A stretch of DNA of 64,000 nucleotides, taken from the NCBI GenBank assembly GCA_965222575.1, contig OZ244958.1:192001-256000 (forward strand). Reading direction: 5' to 3'. The DNA is from Alphaproteobacteria bacterium (GTDB taxonomy: Bacteria > Pseudomonadota > Alphaproteobacteria > G965222575). Below the pieces are notes generated by a model. That model made no database searches. It worked only from the letters and a program-made list of their open reading frames with translations, and was not told the origin of the DNA. This document shows positions 29,407 through 39,611 of this stretch, piece by piece (the first letter of the stretch is position 1; each line of letters starts with the position of its first letter). A program made the translations under genes and the position numbers.

Positions 29407-30593
29407 GAAAGGGCTTCGTATTGCGGGCGTTGTTGTAGCGTTTGTAAGGTGAGTTTTCTCGTCTGCTGATTCACCTCACTGATATCTTTGAAATCTCGCA
29501 TAGTACTCTGTTGCCTTGTTTTAGAAAAACACTCCATGACGCTATGTATGAGAGGAATAATATCTAAAAAACTGATTTTTCGTTGAAAGAAAGCTTCTGC
29601 GACCACTTCATTAGCAGCATTAAAAGCACAACAAGCAGCCTGCCCTAAGGCAGCAGCTTCCCGCGCGATGCTAACAGCAGAGAAGACCTCTTCGTCTAAA
29701 GCGTCGAAGGTGAGGTGTTGCATCTGTGTTAAAGACAAGATAGGAGACAAGATATCACGTTCTTCTGGCCATTGCCAAGCATAAGCTAAAGAGACTTCCA
29801 TGGACGGGGGAGACAGGAACGCTATGATAGTGCCATCCTGTTTTGTCACCAGTGCATGAACAATGCACTGTGGGTGAAGGACGACCTCAATTGTGTGAGG
29901 AGGCGTGTTGAAGAGGACGGAGGCTTCAATAATTTCCATGCCTTTGTTGACGAGGGTTGCGGAGTCCAAAGAGATTTTTTTCCCCATAGACCATGTTGGG
30001 TGATTAACAGCCTGTTCGGGGGTGATTTGTTTCATTTTGTGTTTTGGGAGGTCTCTGAAGGGCCCTCCTGAAGCGGTGAGGGTTAGGGTATGGAAGGGTG
30101 AGGGGGTGTTCAGTCCGTTGAGGAGGCGAAACAGGGCATGATGTTCTGAGTCTACGGGGATGATGGAGGTCTCTGAGGCGGCGGCGATTTTTTGCAAGAG
30201 TTTGCCTGCGCAAACGACGGTTTCTTTATTAGCCAAAGCGAGAACCCGCGCCGCTTTAGCAGCAGCCAAAGTCGCAGGGACGCCGTCAAAGCCTGAGATA
30301 GCCGCTAAAGTCCAATCGACCTTAATAGAAGCAATCTCTTCAAGGGCTTTTTCTCCATAACTAACAGAGATAGGGAACTGTTTCAGTGCTGCCTTGAGAA
30401 TTCTCGCCTCTCCTAAAGAGGCAACAACGGCATGGCAAGGCAAAAAGCGCCGGCATTGTTGTATCATCACTTGGAGATTACGATGTCCGGTGAGTGCTAC
30501 AACTTGAAAGCTTTTTGGTGGGAGACGGTTGAGAATATTCAACGCCTGTCTTCCAACGCATCCAGTAGAGCCTAAAATGGTGATTCGTCTCAT
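29403..30593 (-). CDS. dxr: 1-deoxy-D-xylulose-5-phosphate reductoisomerase
   Basis: LGSTG, LANKE, PVDSEH, HPTWSMGKKIS and NAANE. Confidence 0.97.
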   Translation of the reverse strand: MRRITILGSTGCVGRQALNILNRLPPKSFQVVALTGHRNLQVMIQQCRRFLPCHAVVASLGEARILKAALKQFPISVSYGEKALEEIASIKVDWTLAAISGFDGVPATLAAAKAARVLALANKETVVCAGKLLQKIAAASETSIIPVDSEHHALFRLLNGLNTPSPFHTLTLTASGGPFRDLPKHKMKQITPEQAVNHPTWSMGKKISLDSATLVNKGMEIIEASVLFNTPPHTIEVVLHPQCIVHALVTKQDGTIIAFLSPPSMEVSLAYAWQWPEERDILSPILSLTQMQHLTFDALDEEVFSAVSIAREAAALGQAACCAFNAANEVVAEAFFQRKISFLDIIPLIHSVMECFSKTRQQSTMRDFKDISEVNQQTRKLTLQTLQQRPQYEALS

Positions 30594-30599
30594 GGGGGG

Positions 30600-31475
30600 T
30601 TAGAGGAGTATGAAGAGGTAAAGAGCATAAAAGCAAGTAGCAGGGAGAAAACCATCCCATCTGTCCCAGATTCCGCCGTGTCCGGGCATAATGTTGCCGG
30701 TATTTTTGAGACCGCAACGGCGTTTGAGGAAAGAGAGGACAAGGTCACCGATTTGCACGATACAAGCGAGGGCAGCGGCTAGGAACAGGGGGGCGAAGAG
30801 GTGTGGGTTTTGGAGCGGAAAGGTTTGGGGGAAGAAGGAGCTGAAGAATGTACCAAAGGCTATAGCGCAGAAGAAACCGCCAAAGAATCCTATCCAAGTT
30901 TTGTTGGGAGAAGCAAGTGGCAAGAGTCTCCAAGGGAAGAAGCGTCTGAAGACGGCGCCAAAAAAAAAAGCAAAGGCATCCATACTCCAGACAACGACAA
31001 AGAGCCAAAGCATGAAAGCGGTTCCTGTTGGGTAAGAGAGGATGAAGAGGAAGGCCAGGGGAAAAGCTAAGACATAGAGGTATCCTAAGATGAGGGCTAT
31101 GCCATCACGCGTGGTGTTGAAGGTTGCAAGGGCAAGGAGGAGGACTGAGAGGGCAATGGCTATAAGATAGAGGAAGTGTTCGTTCTGGGAGAGGAGAGGG
31201 AAAGCGATGACAGGCCAAGAGACAAGGGGTATTGTGATGAGAAAAAGAGGATTTGTAAGGCGGAGGTGCCATTTTTTTTTCTGTATTTCATGAGTGGGGA
31301 GGAGGAGAGGAAGTCCTTCATAGATGAGGAGAGCAAGCGGCAAGAGGAGGAGCCACCGCATACTAGGGTCTTCTAGTAACAGTAAGGAAAGCAACATGAC
31401 AATCACATAAAGAGAGCCTGAGAGGCACCGCAAGGCACTATCATGTGGAAGAGAAAAGTATTGTAACCAGTGCAT
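30600..31475 (-). CDS. cdsA: Phosphatidate cytidylyltransferase
   Basis: SPNKTW.G and KR..G.K..G.IMPGHGGIWDR.D. Confidence 0.95.
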   Translation of the reverse strand: MHWLQYFSLPHDSALRCLSGSLYVIVMLLSLLLLEDPSMRWLLLLPLALLIYEGLPLLLPTHEIQKKKWHLRLTNPLFLITIPLVSWPVIAFPLLSQNEHFLYLIAIALSVLLLALATFNTTRDGIALILGYLYVLAFPLAFLFILSYPTGTAFMLWLFVVVWSMDAFAFFFGAVFRRFFPWRLLPLASPNKTWIGFFGGFFCAIAFGTFFSSFFPQTFPLQNPHLFAPLFLAAALACIVQIGDLVLSFLKRRCGLKNTGNIMPGHGGIWDRWDGFLPATCFYALYLFILL

Positions 31476-31510
31476 ACTAGAAGTTGAGGAATGAGAGTGG
31501 GGGGGAGGGG

Positions 31511-32215
31511 TTAGAGACTGCCGTAAGACCTATTACGCTTTGAATAAAGGTTTATTATCTCACTAAAAAGGTCTTGTGTAAAGTCTGGCCAAAGGACTTT
31601 AGGGAAGGCAAGTTCGGCGTAAGCGGCTTGCCAGAGGAAGAAGTTACTTAATCGGCATTGTTTGCCGGTTCTGATGATGAGGTCTGGAGGGGGCAGGAGA
31701 TGGGTCATGAGGTTTTTTTCTATGGTCTCTTCAGAGATTTCCAGGGGGTCTATCAGGCCTTTTTTGACTTGTTGTGCAATCTGTTTTGTAGCGTTTAAGA
31801 GGTCATGTTTTCCGCCATAGTGGAAAGCAATGGTGAGGGTGAGGCTTGGGCGGGTGATGGAGGAGGCTTCATGGGTCATCATTTGGGAGATATCCTGTGG
31901 TAGGGACTGTATTTTGCCGATGAACTGAAGGTGAATATTGTGTTGGAGGAAAAAGTTTTGATATTGAGGGAAAGCAGATCTGAAGAGGTTATAGAGCAAG
32001 GTAATTTCACTTTGTTTTCTGCTTTTATTTTCAGTGGAGAAGGCGAACAAAGTGAGGTATTGGATATGGCTAGAAACGGCTTGTTGGGTAATACGTTTTG
32101 CGACTTCTATGCCTTCTGTGTAGGCTGTTTTCATGGGGAGGTTTTTCTGTTGTGCCCATCGTCTATTACCATCCATGATACAAGCGACATGGCGTGGTGT
32201 TGTTGAACGTGTCAT
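31511..32215 (-). CDS. uppS: Undecaprenyl diphosphate synthase
   Basis: HVACIMDGNRRWA, FSTEN and DLIIRT..RLSNF. Confidence 0.97.
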   Translation of the reverse strand: MTRSTTPRHVACIMDGNRRWAQQKNLPMKTAYTEGIEVAKRITQQAVSSHIQYLTLFAFSTENKSRKQSEITLLYNLFRSAFPQYQNFFLQHNIHLQFIGKIQSLPQDISQMMTHEASSITRPSLTLTIAFHYGGKHDLLNATKQIAQQVKKGLIDPLEISEETIEKNLMTHLLPPPDLIIRTGKQCRLSNFFLWQAAYAELAFPKVLWPDFTQDLFSEIINLYSKRNRSYGSL

Positions 32216-32745
32216 GAAGGTTTTAAGATATCTTGTTCTTTCGCGGTAGCAAGTTCATGGATTTGTGCGATTTTTTCTTCAGTGAGTTTATTGAGTTGTT
32301 TTTTCAGCCTGTGTAATTCGTCCTGAGAGGGTGTTTGTGTTTTGATATTGTCCAAGGCGGAGCGTCTTACATTTCGGACAGCCACGCGGGTGCTTTCTGC
32401 GTATTGGGCAACAAGTTTCGCCATTTCTTTTCGTCTTTGTTGAGAAAGAGGTGGCACATTGAGGCGTATAATATTGCCGTCTCTTTGGGGGGTGAGGCCG
32501 AGATGGGATTTCAGAAGACTTTTCTCAACGTTCTCAATATTGTTTTCGTCCCACACTTGAACAGTCAGCAGTTGCGGTTGCGGGGCGGCTAGACTAGCCA
32601 TTTGAGACAGCTTCATTTTCGCACCATAAGATTGAATCTCTAGGTGTTCCAGCAACCCAACATGCGCTTGCCCCGCTCTGATACCGCTGAGTTCCGTTTT
32701 GAACACCTCCACAGCCCCCTGCATGCGTTTTTCAAAATCCCTCAT
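32212..32745 (-). CDS. frr: Ribosome recycling factor
   Basis: IRAG, LGLTP, PPLS..RR and VAVRNVRR. Confidence 0.95.
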   Translation of the reverse strand: MRDFEKRMQGAVEVFKTELSGIRAGQAHVGLLEHLEIQSYGAKMKLSQMASLAAPQPQLLTVQVWDENNIENVEKSLLKSHLGLTPQRDGNIIRLNVPPLSQQRRKEMAKLVAQYAESTRVAVRNVRRSALDNIKTQTPSQDELHRLKKQLNKLTEEKIAQIHELATAKEQDILKPS

Positions 32746-33467
32746 TCGTTCTTTGCATTGTTTCCTACAAGTGTAAAGCTCCCCTTTAATTGAACGACCT
32801 TTAACAACTCCTGCATTTTACAAACTAAGATAGGGAGGTCATTATCCCGTGCTAAGGTTACAGCAGAAGCATCCATCACTTTGAGATTTTGATTCAGCAT
32901 TTCTTGATAAGAAAGAGAGGGATACCTGATAGCTTTAGGGTCTTTTTTAGGATCGCACGAATAAATACCATCAACGCCCGTTCCTTTAATTAAGACCTCA
33001 CAATCCAACTCATTGGCGCGAATAGCCGCTGCAGTATCCGTTGTGAAGAAAGGGATACCTAGTCCGCCACTGAGAATCACAAGGCGATTTTTGCTCAAGT
33101 GCGCAGTAGCGCGGCGTGGGATATAAGGCTCACAAATAGTATCCATCCGCACAGCGCTCATCATACGGGTTTGTCGTCCTAAAGATTCTAAAGCTTCTTG
33201 GATGAAGAGGCTATTTTTGATGGTAGCGAGCATGCCGACTTGGTCTGCTACTGCGCGTTTCATACCGGCTTTTTGTCCTACGCGGCCGCGAAAAATATTG
33301 CCGCCGCCAATGACCAGAGCGACCTCTATGCCTAAATTGCAAATACAATCAATAGTTTGCACAAAGCGATTAACAGCAGAGAAGTCAAAGCCAAAGGCAT
33401 TCTTGCCCGCTAAAGACTCGCCGGAGCATTTCAATAAGACCCGTTTATAAGGCAGGGCTAAGGTCAA
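32742..33467 (-). CDS. pyrH: UMP kinase
   Basis: RVLLKCSGE, GGGNIFRG, PFFTTDTAA and VMD. Confidence 0.97.
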   Translation of the reverse strand: MTLALPYKRVLLKCSGESLAGKNAFGFDFSAVNRFVQTIDCICNLGIEVALVIGGGNIFRGRVGQKAGMKRAVADQVGMLATIKNSLFIQEALESLGRQTRMMSAVRMDTICEPYIPRRATAHLSKNRLVILSGGLGIPFFTTDTAAAIRANELDCEVLIKGTGVDGIYSCDPKKDPKAIRYPSLSYQEMLNQNLKVMDASAVTLARDNDLPILVCKMQELLKVVQLKGSFTLVGNNAKNE

Positions 33468-34342
33468 GTATGACCTCCCTCCCCTAAGGCAAATCGGGTG
33501 AAGGCTTCCACAGCATGCCCTTGAAGGATATCATCAACAGTTTTATCAGGCGTCATGACAAAGGGTTGTTTGAGCAGGACAACATCGCCATAGAATTTTG
33601 CCATTCGTCCTTCCACTATCTTAGAGAGGAGTTTTTTCGGTTTCCCTGCGGCTATTGCCTGTTCCGTGAGTATTTGTTGTTCGCGTTGGATAAGGGTTGG
33701 GTCTAAGCTTTCCACATCCACCGCAACAGGAGCACTTGCCGCAATATGTAGAGCGACTTTGCGTCCAAGGTCAGAAGCGTTATTGTCTTTGTGACATATA
33801 CTCACTAGGACGCCAATGCGACCGAGATTTTCCGCGTAAGCATTATGGACATAGGAAGCGATGACGCCCTGTGACGTGTTGAGGGAAGCGACTCTTGCAA
33901 GAGCAAGATTTTCTCCAACAGACGCCATGGTCTCCTGTAGGGCTTGTGCAACAGTAAAGTCCGGTTTCTCAGGAAGGGAAGCCTTGAGCAAGGTGGAAAC
34001 AGTAAGGTCACCCTTCAGGATTAAAGCCGCTTGCCCTACCTGTTGGACAAGGGTTTGAAAGGTTTTATTACGGGCAACAAAATCTGTCTCTGCATTAATC
34101 TCTACCAGCACAGCACGGGTCGCTTCAGTATTGACAAGTGCACACACAAGGCCTTCTAGGGCAACACGCATGGCTCTTGATGCCGCCTTCGCTACGCCTT
34201 TTTTACGCAGCAATGCCACTGCTTCCGCCCCATCACCGCCCGCTTCCTCTAAGGCTTTCTTACAATCCAAAATCCCCACACCCGTTTGCCGCCGCAACGC
34301 TAAAAGTGCTTCAGAAGAAAAAGACTTAGTCCTCTTTTGCAT
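33464..34342 (-). CDS. tsf: Elongation factor Ts
   Basis: LRRQTGVGILDCKKAL and EINAETDFVARN. Confidence 0.97.
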   Translation of the reverse strand: MQKRTKSFSSEALLALRRQTGVGILDCKKALEEAGGDGAEAVALLRKKGVAKAASRAMRVALEGLVCALVNTEATRAVLVEINAETDFVARNKTFQTLVQQVGQAALILKGDLTVSTLLKASLPEKPDFTVAQALQETMASVGENLALARVASLNTSQGVIASYVHNAYAENLGRIGVLVSICHKDNNASDLGRKVALHIAASAPVAVDVESLDPTLIQREQQILTEQAIAAGKPKKLLSKIVEGRMAKFYGDVVLLKQPFVMTPDKTVDDILQGHAVEAFTRFALGEGGHT

Positions 34343-35201
34343 CCTTCTCCTCTGTCTGACCTTTTGCTTTCTCCTCTGTTTGACGACGGCGTATCCCCCC
34401 TCTCACCTCTACAGGAATAACCCCTGTTCTCACAACAGGCACACGCGTTGTCTCTTGTGGCGGTAGCCCCTGAGTACTGCTAGCATCATCAGCTTGCTCT
34501 TCCTGCTCTTTGCTCACAGCAATATGCCGTTCAAGTCCCATGAGCACAGCCCTTGCGAAAAGATTGCAATAAAGCACAAGAGACCGCGTCACATCATCAT
34601 TTCCCGGCACAGGAAAATCAATGCCCTCAAGGTCTGAATTCGTATCCAAAATCCCCACAACAGGTATGCCAACCTTATTGGCTTCCTTGACAGCAATTCT
34701 ATCTTTGTTCACATCCATGACAATGAGGAGATTAGGCAGCGCTTTCATTTTACGAATACCACCCAAGGAACGTTGATACTTTTGTACACGCCGTTTGATA
34801 GAGAGTAGCTCTTTTTTGACTAAGCCTGTGGTATCAGAGGCTAGTGTTTTCTCAAGAGCCTCCATCCGCCCTAAAGATTGAGAAATCGTCTGCCAGTTCG
34901 TCAGCATGCCCCCGAGCCACCGGTGATTGACATAAAACTGTAAGCACTGTTCAGCAAACTCCTTAATATGAGGCCTTACCTGTGTCTTTGTGCCAACGAA
35001 CAAGATAGTACCCCCTTGAGCCACAACATCCTCTACCTTCTTAAGAGCAACCTTAAGCATGGGAAGAGTGAAGCCTAGATTGAGAAGATGCGCACCATTT
35101 CTCTCTCCATAGATATACGGCGCCATTTTAGGGTTCCACCGATGAGTCTGGTGCCCATAATGAACGCCCGCTTCCATCAGTTGCCGAATAGAAATTTCCA
35201 T
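34326..35201 (-). CDS. rpsB: 30S ribosomal protein S2
   Basis: EAGVHYGH, WNPKM, RWLGGMLTN and PGNDD. Confidence 0.98.
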   Translation of the reverse strand: MEISIRQLMEAGVHYGHQTHRWNPKMAPYIYGERNGAHLLNLGFTLPMLKVALKKVEDVVAQGGTILFVGTKTQVRPHIKEFAEQCLQFYVNHRWLGGMLTNWQTISQSLGRMEALEKTLASDTTGLVKKELLSIKRRVQKYQRSLGGIRKMKALPNLLIVMDVNKDRIAVKEANKVGIPVVGILDTNSDLEGIDFPVPGNDDVTRSLVLYCNLFARAVLMGLERHIAVSKEQEEQADDASSTQGLPPQETTRVPVVRTGVIPVEVRGGIRRRQTEEKAKGQTEEKDAKED

Positions 35202-35420
35202 GTTTACCTAGTTCATCCTCTGTAGCCTGCCCTATGGAAATGCCCATAGCTACATGTGTTCTCAGCAAAGGATACAGTGTTTTGTATAAGGGAACAAGGA
35301 AAAATTTTTCTACAAAGCCAGTTATTGATTTATCAATAGTATGTAATACTATATTATATCTATATTACGATACAAAGGAGCAATATTTTCTAAAGGGTGC
35401 GGGTATGCTGGTGAAAAGAC

Positions 35421-35981
35421 GTGATGAAAAAAGATAACAAGTCCTTAGCTTTTGACGGCGTACAAGACAAAGGTCGTCGTGATTTTTTACTGATATCAGC
35501 GGGCACATTTGCAGTAGCAGGGGGGGTAAGTTTTCTGTGGCCTTTTGTAGCTCAGATGAATCCGTCAGCGGATGTGTTAGCACTCTCCACCACAGAGGTG
35601 GATTTATCCCCCATAGAAGAGGGACAATCCCTAACAGTGTTGTGGCAAGGAAAGCCTGTGTTCGTGAGACACAGGACAAAAGAGGAAATACTAGCCGCTC
35701 AATCAGGAGATGAGGCTAAGACGCCAGACCCTGCTACAGATAAAAGTAGAGTCCTAAACCCAAAATGGCTTGTTGTGGTAGGGGTTTGTACACATCTTGG
35801 CTGCGTGCCACTTGGGGCGAAAGGCGATTACAATGGTTGGTTTTGTCCCTGTCATGGCTCCCATTACGATACCTCTGGACGTGTGCGCAAAGGACCTGCC
35901 CCGAAGAATCTTCCCATTCCGCCCTATACCTTTGTAGATGACACCACCATTGTAATAGGAATAAAAGAGCAGGAGGGGTAA
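35421..35981 (+). CDS. petA: Ubiquinol-cytochrome c reductase Rieske Fe-S subunit
   Basis: Tat motif RRDFL, CTHLGC and CPCHGS. Confidence 0.98.
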   Translation: MMKKDNKSLAFDGVQDKGRRDFLLISAGTFAVAGGVSFLWPFVAQMNPSADVLALSTTEVDLSPIEEGQSLTVLWQGKPVFVRHRTKEEILAAQSGDEAKTPDPATDKSRVLNPKWLVVVGVCTHLGCVPLGAKGDYNGWFCPCHGSHYDTSGRVRKGPAPKNLPIPPYTFVDDTTIVIGIKEQEG

Positions 35982-35982
35982 G

Positions 35983-37233
35983 ATGTTCAAAAAACTCCAT
36001 GATTGGATTGAATACCGCTTGCCGATTTTTAGCACAATCAACGCCTTCGTTGGCGATTACCCAACCCCTAGAAATCTGAATATTTGGTATCAATTTGGCT
36101 CCTTAGCAGGGTTAATCTTGATGCTTCAAATCCTCACCGGCATTGTGTTAGCCATGCATTACACCCCTCATGTGGACTATGCCTTTGCCTCTGTGGAGCA
36201 TATTATGCGTGATGTGAATTATGGATGGTTATTGCGCTATATGCACGCCAATGGTGCCTCTTTCTTTTTCATTGCTATCTATCTGCATATCTTTCGCGGG
36301 CTATACTACGGCTCTTATAAATATCCCAGAGAGCTTTTATGGATAGTAGGCGTGATATTGTTGATTCTCATGATTATCACAGCCTTTATGGGGTATGTTC
36401 TCCCCTGGGGACAAATGAGTTTTTGGGGAGCGACTGTTATTACAAACCTGTTCTCATCACTGCCTTTAGTGGGAGAGAGTATTGTCACATGGCTATGGGG
36501 AGGATTTTCAGTGAACAATGCCACATTGCAAAGATTTTTCAGTCTCCACTATCTTTTCCCATTTATCATTGTAGGCTTTGTGTTCTTGCACATCATCGCC
36601 CTTCACCAGCATGGTTCTAACAATCCCCTAGGCATTGACAAAAAAGGGAAGCAAGACACCCTACCCTTCCACCCTTTTTACACAGTAAAAGACCTATTAG
36701 GCTTTTGTGTCTTCGGCATCATCTTTGCCTATTTCGTTTTCTATGTCCCGAATTTACTTGGTCATCCTGATAACTACTTGCCTGCCGACCCTCTTGTGAC
36801 ACCAGAGCATATTATGCCGGAATGGTATTTTCTCCCCTTTTACGCCATTTTGCGGTCTATACCAGATAAACTCGGCGGCGTCATTCTGATGTTTGCCTCC
36901 CTAAGCATTCTCTTCTTGTTGCCATGGTTGGATAGGTCTCCTGTAAGGTCTTGTTCTTTTCGTCCTATATACAGGCAGTTTTTTTGGTTATTTGTCCTGA
37001 GCTGCTTAGTGCTAGGCTACACAGGGTCACAACAGCCGGAAGGTATTCATCTTGTTCTCAGTCGCCTTGCAACCGCCTATTATTTCGCACATTTTTTACT
37101 CATTTTACCCCTGTCAGGCAAGTTTGAGACTCCGCGCCCTTTGCCCGCCTCAATTTATGAAGCCGTCACACAAAAAAAGCCCCCTCTTGCTAAAAATATG
37201 CCAAGACCTAAGGAAAGAGAGTTCAAGAAATGA
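35983..37233 (+). CDS. petB: Cytochrome b
   Basis: [16 protein letters not shown] and PEWY. Confidence 0.99.
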   Translation: MFKKLHDWIEYRLPIFSTINAFVGDYPTPRNLNIWYQFGSLAGLILMLQILTGIVLAMHYTPHVDYAFASVEHIMRDVNYGWLLRYMHANGASFFFIAIYLHIFRGLYYGSYKYPRELLWIVGVILLILMIITAFMGYVLPWGQMSFWGATVITNLFSSLPLVGESIVTWLWGGFSVNNATLQRFFSLHYLFPFIIVGFVFLHIIALHQHGSNNPLGIDKKGKQDTLPFHPFYTVKDLLGFCVFGIIFAYFVFYVPNLLGHPDNYLPADPLVTPEHIMPEWYFLPFYAILRSIPDKLGGVILMFASLSILFLLPWLDRSPVRSCSFRPIYRQFFWLFVLSCLVLGYTGSQQPEGIHLVLSRLATAYYFAHFLLILPLSGKFETPRPLPASIYEAVTQKKPPLAKNMPRPKEREFKK

Positions 37234-38000
37234 GGTCTGTAAGAAACGGAATAGTGGGTTGCGTGTGTTTATTATTGTGCGCGGTGGCTTATGGTGCCTC
37301 TGAAGGGGTCATCCTAAAGTCTTACTGGCCTCACCAGCGCAAGCCCTTCGGTCTGTATGATAAAGCCGCTGCTCAACGTGGGTTTTTGGTCTTTTCACAA
37401 GTATGCGGCACCTGTCATAGTCTCAATTTTTTCTCCTTTCGTTCCCTAGCGAGCATAGGGTTTTCAGCGAGTCAAATCAAAGAGTTAGCCTCTTCATGGG
37501 AAGTAGAAGACGGCCCCGACGAGGAGGGAGAAATGTTTAGCCGTCCAGCGCGTCCTTCAGACATTTTCCCCTCCCCTTACGCCAACGAAAAAGCCGCACG
37601 CGCAGCCAATAACGGCGCATTTCCTCCTGATTTATCCTTAAGGGTGAAGTCTCATGGAGAAGATATGCTCTATAGTTTGCTACTAGGCTATCTTGACCCT
37701 CCCCCTCCTGAGGTGAAACTCTCGGCAGGACAGTTTTACAATACTGCCCTTGGTGCCGCCTTGTCCATGCCACCACCCCTAACAGAGGACATAGCGGATT
37801 ATTCTTTCCTAGAAGAGGAGACCCCACCAAAAGCTACCATTGAACAAATGGCAAAGGATGTGGTTAGCTTTCTCGCTTGGGTATCAGAACCCCATAGGGA
37901 CGCCCGTCACCGCTTAGGATTTAAGGTCTTAGCGTTTCTATTGGTCTTGACGTTTCTGGTGTACCGTCTTTACAAGCGTATCTGGTCTAGGGTTGTTTGA
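37230..38000 (+). CDS. petC: Cytochrome c1
   Basis: CGTCH, PPDLS, MPPPL and C-terminal TM. Confidence 0.97.
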   Translation: MRSVRNGIVGCVCLLLCAVAYGASEGVILKSYWPHQRKPFGLYDKAAAQRGFLVFSQVCGTCHSLNFFSFRSLASIGFSASQIKELASSWEVEDGPDEEGEMFSRPARPSDIFPSPYANEKAARAANNGAFPPDLSLRVKSHGEDMLYSLLLGYLDPPPPEVKLSAGQFYNTALGAALSMPPPLTEDIADYSFLEEETPPKATIEQMAKDVVSFLAWVSEPHRDARHRLGFKVLAFLLVLTFLVYRLYKRIWSRVV

Positions 38001-38027
38001 GCCCCCTCTGAAAGCGGGTTAGAGCTT

Positions 38028-39314
38028 TTACAGGGTGAGACTTAAATCGTGTTTTTTCATAAAGTCTTCAGGCCCCACGACAGAAAAGGCAGTAGTTGCT
38101 ATCTTCCCTAGTAACCGTTCCGCAACATCTTGAATAGAATCTGCCGTGACCGCTTGCAATTTTAGCAACATTTCTTCTTGTGTAAGGGGTTTCCCATAGT
38201 GAAGGGTTTGTACAGCGATTTGGCGAGCTCTTGAGTCTGGATTTTCAAAAGCGGAAAAGATATCGCGTTTAATTTGAGCAATCCCTCTTTTGATTTCTTC
38301 AAGGGTAATAGAGGCAGCAAAAGTGCGCAATGTCTCTCTAATAATATTGAGACATTTCAGGGCTTTATCGGGGCTTGTGCCGGCATAGACACCAAGCATA
38401 CCGAAAGTGGTATCATTATACAGGAAGCTTTTGACGGCATAGGCAAGACCTTCTTTGACGCGGACGCGTTGGAACAGTCTTGAGGCCATACCAGAGCCTA
38501 AAGCATAATCCATAGCAAGAGCGCTATAATAGCCTTCGTCAAGCACAGTCAGGGCAGGCACAGCAAGAGCAAGATGGACTTGTTCAATATCTTTTTTCGT
38601 TGCCACTAACCGCTTGCCCTTAAAGGGATAGGTTTTCGCGTTGACTAGAGAGACCTGTTTCGCCTGTTGAAAGAGGCCATTGACCACTTGGGCCATTTTG
38701 TCATGATTGAGATTGCCAACCATTGCCACAATAATGTTGCTGGGGCCATAGAAGTGTTGCACAAAAGTCCGTAAATCCTCTTGAGAGCAGTTTTCAATTG
38801 TACGTGCTGGTCCTAAAATGGAGCGTCCCATAGGGGTATCGCCATAAGCGGCTTTATCAAGGTTCACCAGTGCAATCGCAGAAGGTTTATCATTGTACAT
38901 ACGGATTTCTTCTAGGACAACTTTGCGTTCTTGCTCAAGTTCGAGTTGCGGAAAAGAAGAGTTTAAGACCATATCAGAAAGAATCTCAAGCAATGAGGTC
39001 ATGTGTTCTTTTAACCCATGAATGTAATAAGCGGTATGTTCACGGGAGGTATAGGCATTGACATAGCCGCCGTTATTTTCGATGTCGCGACTAATCTCTT
39101 GACAGTTGCGTTTTTTCGTTCCCTTAAAGCACATATGTTCAAGGAAGTGAGCAAAGCCATTTTGGGTCTTTTTTTCCTGCGCTGCGCCGGCATTAATCCA
39201 GATACCAGTAGAAAGTGTTTGCAAAGACGGATGGTGTTCCGTCACAAAGGTCACCCCACAGGGAAGACGCTCATGACGCAAAGTATTGTGAGATTGCTGT
39301 TTCATAAATGACAT
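38028..39314 (-). CDS. M16 family (pitrilysin/MPP-like) zinc peptidase
   Basis: AHFLEHMCFKGT, NAYTSRE and SRLFQRVR..GLAY. Confidence 0.95.
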   Translation of the reverse strand: MSFMKQQSHNTLRHERLPCGVTFVTEHHPSLQTLSTGIWINAGAAQEKKTQNGFAHFLEHMCFKGTKKRNCQEISRDIENNGGYVNAYTSREHTAYYIHGLKEHMTSLLEILSDMVLNSSFPQLELEQERKVVLEEIRMYNDKPSAIALVNLDKAAYGDTPMGRSILGPARTIENCSQEDLRTFVQHFYGPSNIIVAMVGNLNHDKMAQVVNGLFQQAKQVSLVNAKTYPFKGKRLVATKKDIEQVHLALAVPALTVLDEGYYSALAMDYALGSGMASRLFQRVRVKEGLAYAVKSFLYNDTTFGMLGVYAGTSPDKALKCLNIIRETLRTFAASITLEEIKRGIAQIKRDIFSAFENPDSRARQIAVQTLHYGKPLTQEEMLLKLQAVTADSIQDVAERLLGKIATTAFSVVGPEDFMKKHDLSLTL

Positions 39315-39405
39315 TACCAGTTATTTTCTTTTCCTTGTTTTGACCCCTAATGGATGGTTGTGTATCCCGTTTTTTCTCATGATATCTCTTTAGAAGAGAA
39401 GCAAG

Positions 39406-39477
39406 AGCGGGTGATGAGATTCGAACTCACGACCCTAACCTTGGCAAGGTTATGCTCTACCCCTGAGCTACACCCGC
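39406..39477 (-). tRNA. tRNA-Gly(GCC), CCA not encoded
   Basis: Reverse complement GCGGGTGTAGCTCAGGGGTAGAGCATAACCTTGCCAAGGTTAGGGTCGTGAGTTCGAATCTCATCACCCGCT folds as a cloverleaf with anticodon arm AACCT-TGCCAA-GGTT. Confidence 0.97.
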
Positions 39478-39611
39478 ATCACTTTCTCCTGTAAGGAAAG
39501 CATCATAACAGAAAGAAGACAACGTGACAAGAAGCGTAGCCAAGATGAGTTCACCTAGTATTAAAGATTTTACTTTATTATGCGCTTATTAATCAATGAT
39601 TTTCTCTTTTC